40,871 nt of DNA, from positions 1 to 40,871 of IMG/VR virus record IMGVR_UViG_3300048892_000050; one strand, 5' to 3'. This document shows, piece after piece, positions 1 to 7,192 of the stretch (its first letter is position 1; the number at the start of each line of letters is the position of its first letter). The translations under genes and the position numbers were made by a program. The notes below the pieces were generated by a model. It was not told the origin of the DNA and did no database searches. It was given only the letters and a program-made list of their open reading frames with translations. The DNA comes from a virus (Duplodnaviria > Caudoviricetes).

Positions 1-127
1 AAGGTCGTTCTGGTTTATGACGGCGGAGAGATGTACACGGCCTATTGCTGGGCGAGTGAGAGCGGAAATTATTGGTGGGACGCACCATCGCAATCCATCG
101 AACTTGACCCTACCCACTGGCAACCCC
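1..127. repeat. Terminal 127-bp direct repeat, copy 1 (circular-assembly overlap)
   Basis: Identical to 40745-40871; 127 is a typical assembler k-mer; an ORF reads through the join. Confidence 0.95.
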
Positions 128-159
128 TCCCCGCCCCACCCTCCGAGCGTGCGGCTTGA
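1..159 (+). CDS. C-terminal part of the Lar-like/DUF551-like protein that starts at 40496 and spans the junction
   Basis: Frame 1 reads KVVLVYDGGEMY...DPTHWQPLPAPPSERAA-stop (TGA 157-159); THWQPLP is the typical DUF551 ending. Confidence 0.85.
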   Translation, partial: KVVLVYDGGEMYTAYCWASESGNYWWDAPSQSIELDPTHWQPLPAPPSERAA

Positions 160-170
160 ACGCCATGGGC

Positions 171-575
171 TTGACTTTGGGCGCGGACAGGATTCCAATG
201 CTCGCCAGCGGCTTACTCGGCCTTATAACCCGAGGACAGCCTAACCAGTCTCGGGTTGCCGCTTATCTCTCTGCTGACTGGTTTTCTGAGACTGGACATG
301 CCCACAGCCAAAAACTAACCGCGCCACCGCTCTCACCGGACTCAAGAACCGGGATCGGCAGCAAGCGCGGTCAACCGCCCCTCCGATCAAAACTCTTTCT
401 CAGAAACCTGAGAGAGAAAGTCCGTGCGTCTCGAAAAAGGCGCACCAGCTTTCTCTTTTGGACTTTAGGAGCTTCCTGAATTAACAGGGAAACCAACTTA
501 AAAGCTAAGGGGGTTTGGGGGTATTCGGCTTTTCCCCGTTTTCTCTTTCAGAGCTTATCTCGAATAGCTTAAGGA
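171..575 (+). other. Structured non-coding region, candidate replication origin or regulatory RNA
   Basis: Dense inverted repeats (207-212/258-263, 227-234/250-257, 243-250/276-283, 318-324/365-371, 398-403/408-413, 424-430/439-445, 417-423/460-466), GGGGGTTTGGGGG at 509-521, possible promoter TTGACT-17-TCCAAT at 171-199. Confidence 0.5.
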
Positions 576-580
576 GCTTT

Positions 581-1714
581 ATGGATACGGGCGATATGAA
601 GATAGACCGACACTCGGGCATCGTAGCGGCTATTGCTAACTTGTCTTTGCTTGACCTGGACGAACGGGTCCAAGCCATAAACACCATTCGTCGCGCGCTG
701 CATCAGGTATCGCCATTCGCGGCCGAACCTGTGGATTTTGTGGAGTGGGTACCTGCGGCCACCATATCTGCGAATGATTACAACCCAAATTCCGTAGCCC
801 CGCCTGAAATGGAATTATTGCGTGTCTCGATTATGGCCGATGGTTACACGCAGCCGATTGTCGCGATGGCGCAGGGCGATGGTGTGACCGTCATTGACGG
901 ATTCCACCGCAATCGCGTCGGCCGGGAATGTGCGGAAGTCACGGCGCGCATTCATGGCTACCTGCCCATCGTGCATATCAAGTCGTCGCAGGAAGATCGT
1001 GGCGACCGCATTGCTGCGACGGTGCGCCACAACCGGGCACGCGGCAAGCATCGGGTGGATGCGATGTCCGATATCGTCATCGAACTCAAACGCCGCAACT
1101 GGTCGGACGAAAAGATATCGAAAAACCTGGGTATGGATGCGGACGAAGTGCTGCGACTTTGCCAAATCACCGGACTAGCGGAAGCGTTCAAGGATCAAGC
1201 GTTCAGCGAAGCCTGGGAAGTGGATAAGACCACAGGTGCCGCTGGCGTGGAGTTCATTTCCGATATTGACCCCGATTTCGAGATTGACGACGGCAACCGC
1301 ATTTATCACACCTGGGACAAGTGGGAGTGCTACCGCGCCGGCTTCTATGCCGAACGTCCTGCGGGCGATATGACTGTAGAACAAGGCGAGGAAGCCTACC
1401 ACGCCTTCCTGTCGGACCTCTCGCAATTCGGCGCGGCGCTGGAAATCGTGACCACGCAATGGACGCATTCCTGCGAGCATTACCTAACCAATGACCGGAT
1501 GAACCGGATTGCATGGTTAGGACAAGCCGCCGTCGCGCAAGCATTAGGCATTCCGTCTGGTTGCCGGGGCGGCTATCACATGCTTAGCGACGACCAGAAA
1601 GCCACCGCAGACGCGTTGGCGCTGGAATATCTCAATCGCTGGCTGGTCGCGCATGACCGCGCGCCGGTTGATTACGCTCAAGCGGGCGGACGCACCGAAG
1701 CGGAGCTGTACTGA
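581..1714 (+). CDS. ParB/Srx-like N-terminal domain protein (IbrB-like) fused to an extra C-terminal phage domain
   Basis: Motifs ANDYNPN, GYTQPIV, VIDGFHR, ATVRHNRARGKH followed by an HTH-like segment; RBS AAGGAG upstream of ATG 581; coupled (TGATG) to the next gene. Confidence 0.85.
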   Translation: MDTGDMKIDRHSGIVAAIANLSLLDLDERVQAINTIRRALHQVSPFAAEPVDFVEWVPAATISANDYNPNSVAPPEMELLRVSIMADGYTQPIVAMAQGDGVTVIDGFHRNRVGRECAEVTARIHGYLPIVHIKSSQEDRGDRIAATVRHNRARGKHRVDAMSDIVIELKRRNWSDEKISKNLGMDADEVLRLCQITGLAEAFKDQAFSEAWEVDKTTGAAGVEFISDIDPDFEIDDGNRIYHTWDKWECYRAGFYAERPAGDMTVEQGEEAYHAFLSDLSQFGAALEIVTTQWTHSCEHYLTNDRMNRIAWLGQAAVAQALGIPSGCRGGYHMLSDDQKATADALALEYLNRWLVAHDRAPVDYAQAGGRTEAELY

Positions 1715-2928
1715 TGGCTATCGTGAAGCGCAGAACCGGAGTTGACGTGCTGACCGCAGCCTGCGACCGCATCCGTTATACCTTCGATCATTTCGAGGCC
1801 GTGTACGTGTCGTTTAGCGCGGGAAAAGATTCGAGCGTGATGTTTCATTTGGTCATGGAAGAAGCGATCAAGCGCAAGCGCAAAGTCGGCGTGCTACTGA
1901 TTGACTTGGAAGCGCAGTACGCGCTGACCATTGACCACGCGGAACAGATGTTCGACTTATACCGAGATCACATCGAGTTGTATTGGGTCTGCCTGCCGAT
2001 CAAGCTGCGTAATTCGGTCAGCAATTACGAGCCGGTGTGGTGCGCCTGGGACCCTGCGCGCAAAGACGATTGGGTGCGCGAACTGCCAAAACGTCCCGGC
2101 GTCATTTCCGATCCCGCGTACTTCGATTTTTTCGAGCCGTGGATGGAGTTCGAGGAGTTCATTGAGTTGTTCGCGGTCTGGTATAGCAAAGGTCGATTAA
2201 CGGCCGCGTGTATTGGCATTCGCTCGGATGAAAGCTTGAACCGTTTCCGCACCATCGCGGTCTGGGACAAGGAAATGCACATGGGCAAACGCTGGACAAC
2301 GGAAGTCGTCCCCGGCGTTTACAACGTGTATCCCATTTACGATTGGCATGTGACCGACATTTGGAAGTATCACGCGCATTTTCCCGACAAACCGCACAAT
2401 GAGGTTTACGACCGGATGCAATTGGCCGGGCTGTCGCTCAGCCAGATGCGTCTGTGTCAGCCGTATGGCGACGACCAGAAGCGCGGACTCTGGCTCTATC
2501 ACCTAATCGAGCCGCAGACCTGGAGCAAGCTCATCGCGCGCGTGAATGGTGCGAATAGTGGCGCGCTCTACATCGAAGAAACCGGCAACGTGTCCGGTTA
2601 TAACAAGATCATGCTGCCGGCCGGCCATACCTGGCGCAGCTTCTGCAATCTTCTGCTCGCCACCATGCCGGAAGTGACGCGGGTGCACTACACCGAGCGA
2701 TTTACCAAATGGTTGCTCGGCTGGCGCGAACGCGGTTATCGCAACGGCATTCCCGATTACGCACCGCGCGAACTGGAAAAGAAGTATTGGGCACCGAGTT
2801 GGCGGCGACTGTGCAAGGTGCTGCTGCGCAATGACTGGTGGTGCAAAGGACTCGGACTGACGCAGCCGAAGTCTGCTGCCTATTCGCGCTACCTGGCATT
2901 GAAGCGCGAAGAAAGGAAGGCCGCATGA
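1714..2928 (+). CDS. PAPS-reductase-family / DUF3440 protein (IbrA-like)
   Basis: PP-loop VSFSAGKDS, GIRSDESLNR, YPIYDW, MRLCQPYGDDQ, C-terminal SWRRLCKVLLRNDWWCKGL. Confidence 0.88.
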   Translation: MAIVKRRTGVDVLTAACDRIRYTFDHFEAVYVSFSAGKDSSVMFHLVMEEAIKRKRKVGVLLIDLEAQYALTIDHAEQMFDLYRDHIELYWVCLPIKLRNSVSNYEPVWCAWDPARKDDWVRELPKRPGVISDPAYFDFFEPWMEFEEFIELFAVWYSKGRLTAACIGIRSDESLNRFRTIAVWDKEMHMGKRWTTEVVPGVYNVYPIYDWHVTDIWKYHAHFPDKPHNEVYDRMQLAGLSLSQMRLCQPYGDDQKRGLWLYHLIEPQTWSKLIARVNGANSGALYIEETGNVSGYNKIMLPAGHTWRSFCNLLLATMPEVTRVHYTERFTKWLLGWRERGYRNGIPDYAPRELEKKYWAPSWRRLCKVLLRNDWWCKGLGLTQPKSAAYSRYLALKREERKAA

Positions 2929-3050
2929 AAACCTGCGCCTACTGCCCCGCCCAAGCCTATAGCGAGATAACCACGGCTCGCCAACGGTTGTGGCTTTGCC
3001 CGACATGTTGTTTACGCTGGTGGAATGACTTTTTCAGGGAGCGCGCATGA
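2925..3050 (+). CDS. Small CxxC...CxxC hypothetical protein
   Basis: ATGA overlaps on both sides; MKTCAYC...CPTC. Confidence 0.55.
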   Translation: MKTCAYCPAQAYSEITTARQRLWLCPTCCLRWWNDFFRERA

Positions 3051-3286
3051 GCGCCACTATTTTTTATGAGCCGGTCGATCCGGAGCCGGCGTCAATCGGA
3101 GTTAGCGCGCCATCATCGTTCATGGACGCAATGGCTCGGGCTGGGTTCTCGTTGCCATGCGAGCTTGAGGGAAAGGACATCCCGACCCTTCAGGGCATGG
3201 CTGCCGTAGCCGAAAAGTCTGGATATGGTGACGTTATCAAAGCCATAAACAAGCACGGAAAAATTCGCTTATGGGCGGAGTATTAG
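3047..3286 (+). CDS. Hypothetical phage protein
   Basis: 79-aa ORF, ATGA-coupled, GGGAG RBS. Confidence 0.65.
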   Translation: MSATIFYEPVDPEPASIGVSAPSSFMDAMARAGFSLPCELEGKDIPTLQGMAAVAEKSGYGDVIKAINKHGKIRLWAEY

Positions 3287-3288
3287 CC

Positions 3289-3567
3289 ATGAGCTGCCAA
3301 CACGGCGAACAAATCGGCATGAGGAAGAACTACCCGAAAACGCGCGCCAGGGTGGTCAGCAAGCGGTCTTTCATCTTCCGCAAACCGTACCGGCCAGCGG
3401 TTCGTACTTATCCCGAAGCCCGCGCCATCGCCACCTACCTGCGCGCCTTTCCGTTCCTGCTAGGATTGCGGACAGCGCGGTTAATCGGCCCGATCCGCAT
3501 CGCCTTTGGGTGCAGCCAAGCGACGGCTATGCGGGGAGTTGCAATCGCGAGGAAAGAAAATGGATAA
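3289..3567 (+). CDS. Basic hypothetical protein, possible C-terminal HTH-like segment
   Basis: ATG after GGAG; IRIAFGCSQATAMR resembles a recognition helix. Confidence 0.5.
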   Translation: MSCQHGEQIGMRKNYPKTRARVVSKRSFIFRKPYRPAVRTYPEARAIATYLRAFPFLLGLRTARLIGPIRIAFGCSQATAMRGVAIARKENG

Positions 3568-3781
3568 CGTAGAGCAGTTTCGACAGCGCGGGCACGTCAC
3601 CTATACCGCCGCCAATCAGGAACAGTTGAACAAGGATTGGGCCGCGCTGACTAGCATATCGCGTGAAGCCTGGAGAGCGAACGCCAGACGCCAAGAACGC
3701 CGGGAGCGGCTAGGGTTCATCGCCTATTCGTTCGCGCTGGCGGCTACGGCGTTCCTGTCGGGTTGGTGGGCGGGGCAATGA
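3560..3781 (+). CDS. Small membrane protein with an Arg-rich segment before a C-terminal TM helix
   Basis: RBS GAGGA; NARRQERRER followed by a hydrophobic stretch. Confidence 0.6.
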   Translation: MDNVEQFRQRGHVTYTAANQEQLNKDWAALTSISREAWRANARRQERRERLGFIAYSFALAATAFLSGWWAGQ

Positions 3782-3978
3782 ACATGACCCAGCGCGATAT
3801 CATCAAAGCCCACACCGCCGCCGCGATCAAGCCCAAGCCCTCCTCCAGCCCGCAGGAGTCCGTAGCCGACTTCCTGGCCCGTGGCGGGGAGATTGAGCAG
3901 CTTCCGACCCATTACAGCGAGCCGACGAGTTATCCGCGTGGCAGTCATTCACCGAGAGCGAAGGCTGCTCAGCCATGA
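3778..3978 (+). CDS. Hypothetical phage protein
   Basis: ATGA-coupled; contains VADFLARGGEIEQLP, a motif type common in small phage proteins. Confidence 0.65.
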   Translation: MNMTQRDIIKAHTAAAIKPKPSSSPQESVADFLARGGEIEQLPTHYSEPTSYPRGSHSPRAKAAQP

Positions 3979-4115
3979 ACAATCAATTTTTTCAGTGGGC
4001 AACGTGCATTGTTTTCGCAGTGTTCTTTTCGGTCATGTTTGGCATAAACGCCGCCGCTCCGTGGTTGGCTGCGTCATTCGTAATTCTCGCGATGCCGAAG
4101 GAGCCGAAACCATGA
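3975..4115 (+). CDS. Small two-TM membrane protein (46 aa, not in ORF track)
   Basis: MNNQFFQWATCIVFAVFFSVMFGINAAAPWLAASFVILAMPKEPKP; ATGA overlaps at both ends. Confidence 0.55.
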   Translation: MNNQFFQWATCIVFAVFFSVMFGINAAAPWLAASFVILAMPKEPKP

Positions 4116-4204
4116 CCCCTCAACGCAAGCAAGCCCTGTTCTACCTGTGCGCGTGCATCGGGTACGCGCTGTGTGTGGTGGGCGTGTTCTTGGACGCGAA
4201 ATGA
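4112..4204 (+). CDS. Small single-TM peptide (30 aa)
   Basis: RBS AAGGAG, ATGA overlaps, hydrophobic core. Confidence 0.55.
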   Translation: MTPQRKQALFYLCACIGYALCVVGVFLDAK

Positions 4205-4467
4205 ACCTCCGCCGCGAAGCCATCGACCGCGTTTGCCAGATTCGTCTGGAAGGCTGCGAAGGCGGTCCCTGCTGCCTTTGTCACTGGCGCCAACTGGACA
4301 TCAGCGGCATGGGCATGAAGTCGCCCGACCAGCTTGGCGCTTGGGGTTGTGGGCACTGCCACGCGATTGTGGACACACACAAGGCCGACACCGCGATTCA
4401 ACTCGACTTCGCCAAGGCGGTATTTCGGACGCAGGCGCAATTGATTCGGGAGGGGAAGATTCAGTGA
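4201..4467 (+). CDS. DUF1364/YbcO-like Zn-binding putative nuclease (nin-region type)
   Basis: CQIRLEGC, HWR, GMGMKSPD, AWGCGHCHAIVD pattern. Confidence 0.8.
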   Translation: MNLRREAIDRVCQIRLEGCEGGPCCLCHWRQLDISGMGMKSPDQLGAWGCGHCHAIVDTHKADTAIQLDFAKAVFRTQAQLIREGKIQ

Positions 4468-4922
4468 GCTACCGCACCTATTCCGCCAAAGACGGTAACC
4501 ACGACGCACTGGTGGCGATCTTCCGCCGCATGGGCTGCACGGTGCTGGAAACGATCCGCACGGGCATTCCGGGCATGCCGGACCTAATCTGCGGCTGTCT
4601 CGGGAAGTGGCACGCCGTGGAAATCAAGAACCCCGACACCGCCTATGGCCGCAAGGGACTGAACGCGAATCAGACCGCCTTCGGTCGCGACAACCTGGGC
4701 GAACCCGTGTTCGTGGTCGATTCCGAGGACGGCGTGATTGCGCTGGTGAATCAGTGGCGGTCGGAGGCAAAACTACGCCGGCCGGGCATTCGGTTCGTCC
4801 ATGAATTGACGGACGCCGAGCGGGAGCAATATGAACTGCGGCGGCTCGAAGAGAGCAACGCCGATCGGGTCGGCATGGTCATCGTGCATGGCGACGACGA
4901 CTCGCTCAAGGTGACGGTATGA
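4464..4922 (+). CDS. PD-(D/E)xK nuclease, VRR-NUC / Holliday-junction-resolvase-like
   Basis: DGNH...GMPDLICG...AVEIK...LNANQ; GTG start overlapping upstream TGA. Confidence 0.75.
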   Translation: MSYRTYSAKDGNHDALVAIFRRMGCTVLETIRTGIPGMPDLICGCLGKWHAVEIKNPDTAYGRKGLNANQTAFGRDNLGEPVFVVDSEDGVIALVNQWRSEAKLRRPGIRFVHELTDAEREQYELRRLEESNADRVGMVIVHGDDDSLKVTV

Positions 4923-5101
4923 ACTCCTGCGACCGCAAATACAGGGACGAACGCGACCTCAAGGAATTGCTGGCTATCTGTCATTCGGCTTTCATGGAGA
5001 AAAGCGTCCCTCCCGGCGAGTCCGTAGCCGAGCTGCGAGCCCGGTATCTCGCCCTCATCGCCCGTCGCGCGGCGGAGGATCAGGGCGGGGTGGTCAAGTA
5101 G
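4919..5101 (+). CDS. Hypothetical protein, last gene before the late promoter
   Basis: ATGA-coupled 60-aa ORF. Confidence 0.5.
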   Translation: MNSCDRKYRDERDLKELLAICHSAFMEKSVPPGESVAELRARYLALIARRAAEDQGGVVK

Positions 5102-5108
5102 CCGCCTA

Positions 5109-5138
5109 TTGACGGCAACGCCATTTCGCGCCTACTGT
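5109..5138 (+). promoter_or_regulatory. Sigma70-type promoter, probable late promoter
   Basis: TTGACG-18 bp-TACTGT directly upstream of the late leader. Confidence 0.6.
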
Positions 5139-5190
5139 ACGCAAACGTCTGTCGGAGACAGCCTTTGACCGATTCCCCGAATTGACCTAT

Positions 5191-5212
5191 AACCGGCCGA
5201 GTGCCGGTTTTT
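5191..5212 (+). terminator. Intrinsic terminator-like hairpin 1 in late leader
   Basis: AACCGGC-CGAGT-GCCGGTT followed by TTT. Confidence 0.55.
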
Positions 5213-5229
5213 GCTGTCGAAATGACAGC

Positions 5230-5260
5230 CGGCGACTAGCAGCGCCGATTTTTGTTCTTT
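5230..5260 (+). terminator. Intrinsic terminator-like hairpin 2 in late leader
   Basis: CGGCG...CGCCG followed by ATTTTTGTTCTTT. Confidence 0.5.
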
Positions 5261-5462
5261 GGTTCCTGCCACGCAGCATGGCCCGTGTAAGCCCGAGTTC
5301 GCATCGCGCCGGCCTGCCCGTGACAAACCCTAATCCCCTAGTGTTCCCTCGATCACACGGACGCGCCTAGGCAGGGACCAGACCAGTTTTCGGCAGTTGG
5401 CGACAATTGAAAAGGAGGCTCTAGTTCCCAAACGCCTAGGGCTTTCGTTCCGAGATTTAAAT

Positions 5463-5561
5463 TTGGCGGCAGCGCGGAAGGACGCGCTTATCAGGACTTG
5501 GAAACGGCGTCCCTGGTGACGCAATAACGCCCAAGAGTCGGTATCAAGCCAGGCCCGCCAA
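5463..5561 (+). ncRNA. tRNA-like cloverleaf without a canonical anticodon loop
   Basis: Closing stem TTGGCGG/CCGCCAA, arm AGCGCG-GAAGGA-CGCGCT, long arm capped by GAAA, T-arm-like GTCGG-TATCAAG-CCAGGC. Confidence 0.5.
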
Positions 5562-5581
5562 TTCACCTACAAGGAAGCGCC

Positions 5582-5968
5582 ATGTACCCGACCTACCCGC
5601 CGATGATGACAGGACAGCGCCAGCGGCTCCCCACATACCGCCCGCAAACTGGGAACGGGCTGGGCCAGCTTGGCACCGGCTACGCACCCCCGGAAGGTCC
5701 GCCGATGATGCAGCCACCGCAGCAAGGCTATTTGCCGCGGGAACCGGGCGCTTATCAGCAGCCCTACAACACCGGCATCGTTCCGCCCGGTTTCAATCAG
5801 CGGCCTCCCATGTACGGCGTTAACGATGGCAATCGGATGCCCGGTTACAACGGCCAGCCCTTCACGCAGCCCAACAAGGGCGCGAACTGGAATTTTGGTG
5901 ACGCAAACCACATGCCGCCGATGCATCGGCCGTTTTGGTACCGCATGAACGGGCCGGGAGGCCGGTAA
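5582..5968 (+). CDS. Low-complexity P/G/Q/N/Y/M-rich (prion-like) protein
   Basis: RBS AAGGA; strongly biased composition; TAATG-coupled to the next gene. Confidence 0.75.
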   Translation: MYPTYPPMMTGQRQRLPTYRPQTGNGLGQLGTGYAPPEGPPMMQPPQQGYLPREPGAYQQPYNTGIVPPGFNQRPPMYGVNDGNRMPGYNGQPFTQPNKGANWNFGDANHMPPMHRPFWYRMNGPGGR

Positions 5969-6513
5969 TGCCGTTTGGATTCGGCCACCAAGACCCGAAC
6001 ACCCCCCATACGGGTCTCGACAACCCATGGATCGGTCGCGGCCTCATGGCGATCAATCCATTGCTTGGGATTGGGTATCGGCTCTGGCGCGGCATTCACA
6101 ATCACAACCGGCCGCCCACTTATGGCGCTCCCGGCTGGGGCATGGGGTCGCCCGGCAACGGTTACAGCAATGGCCAGTTCGGCAACCCCTACGGCGGATT
6201 CGGCGGTGACTACGGCCTGACAGGCTCGGGCTATGGTTCCACGAGCGGACTGAGCTACGGCTCAGGCCAGGGCTTCGGCAATGGACTGGCACAGCTTCCC
6301 GGCGGCACTGACCAGTTCGGATTACCCACCGGCCCAGTCAACCTCAATCAAGGTTCAGGCGCCACGCAAAGCGGCTCAGGGTCCAATGGCCTCGGCCAGT
6401 TGGGACAGACGCCCAGCCCGACCTACGGTAGCAACCCTCTTATCGGCATGGGTTTTGTAGACCTGCCGACCCAAAGCGACTGGCAGGCTCGCGCTCTGCC
6501 GATGCAGCGATGA
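5968..6513 (+). CDS. Low-complexity G/S/N/Y/P-rich (prion-like) protein with an N-proximal amphipathic/hydrophobic segment
   Basis: GGAGG RBS, TAATG overlap; 181 aa with no Lys, Glu or Cys. Confidence 0.75.
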   Translation: MPFGFGHQDPNTPHTGLDNPWIGRGLMAINPLLGIGYRLWRGIHNHNRPPTYGAPGWGMGSPGNGYSNGQFGNPYGGFGGDYGLTGSGYGSTSGLSYGSGQGFGNGLAQLPGGTDQFGLPTGPVNLNQGSGATQSGSGSNGLGQLGQTPSPTYGSNPLIGMGFVDLPTQSDWQARALPMQR

Positions 6514-6550
6514 TTCACGCAAGGACGCTTGAGGCCACGGAAGGCCGCTT

Positions 6551-6937
6551 ATGACTCAGACCGCGCCACGAATAGACCAAAACCGCGTCAGCAAGTATCA
6601 GCGAAAGCGGACGCATCGCCAGATTCGGCTGCGCGGGGAAAGCTGGAGCTTGTCTGTGGACTTCAACGGGGCGCTGGCTGAAGGCGCGACGATCAGCTCC
6701 GGCGTATTCCGGGTGTGGAATAATCAGGTGGTCATCTTTGGGGCCGCGACCAAGAATGCGCGGGATTGCTCGATTATTTGCACGGCCGGTTACGGCAACG
6801 GGACGATGGTGAAATGCGAGATACTGGACAGCACCGGGCGGACCTGGGAACAGCTTTTTGCGGTGGGGGTCGAACAGCAGCCGTTTTTCGTTGGGGAAAC
6901 CTACCCGCCTTCGGGCGCCTACACGATCACTTTCTGA
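6551..6937 (+). CDS. Putative virion adaptor (fibre-tail adaptor-like, small beta-sandwich)
   Basis: WSLSVDFNGALAEGATISS...CEILDSTGRTWEQ pattern recalled from phage adaptor proteins. Confidence 0.5.
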   Translation: MTQTAPRIDQNRVSKYQRKRTHRQIRLRGESWSLSVDFNGALAEGATISSGVFRVWNNQVVIFGAATKNARDCSIICTAGYGNGTMVKCEILDSTGRTWEQLFAVGVEQQPFFVGETYPPSGAYTITF

Positions 6938-6946
6938 GGAACGACC

Positions 6947-7192
6947 ATGGCACGCGCTAAGAACGACACCCCCACGCCCGACCTCCCGACCGGCCCCGAA
7001 GCTGGCGACAGCAACACCGCAGGCGGCATTACTATAGCCACCCGCTACCACGAACCCATGCAGCAATACGTCTGGGACGTTAGCTATGCCATCGACGGCA
7101 AGCCCTACACCGACTCCAGTTTCCGCACGGGCGCTGAAGCCGAGGAACATGCCGCGCTGATCCGTGATTCGTATGGGGAACGGCTGAAGTGA
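6947..7192 (+). CDS. Hypothetical protein
   Basis: GAGGA RBS, 81 aa, overlaps the next GTG start. Confidence 0.65.
   Translation: MARAKNDTPTPDLPTGPEAGDSNTAGGITIATRYHEPMQQYVWDVSYAIDGKPYTDSSFRTGAEAEEHAALIRDSYGERLK

Noticed and set aside
156-479. 107-aa ORF as a replication initiator
   Set aside because: TTG start, no recognisable motif, and it overlies dense inverted repeats better explained as RNA/DNA structure; not fully excluded
515-580. N-terminal extension of the ParB-like ORF from TTG 515
   Set aside because: A strong AAGGAG RBS precedes ATG 581; the extension runs through the G-tract and hairpins
5463-5561. Canonical tRNA gene
   Set aside because: No 7-nt anticodon loop and no GTTC T-loop consensus; kept only as a tRNA-like element
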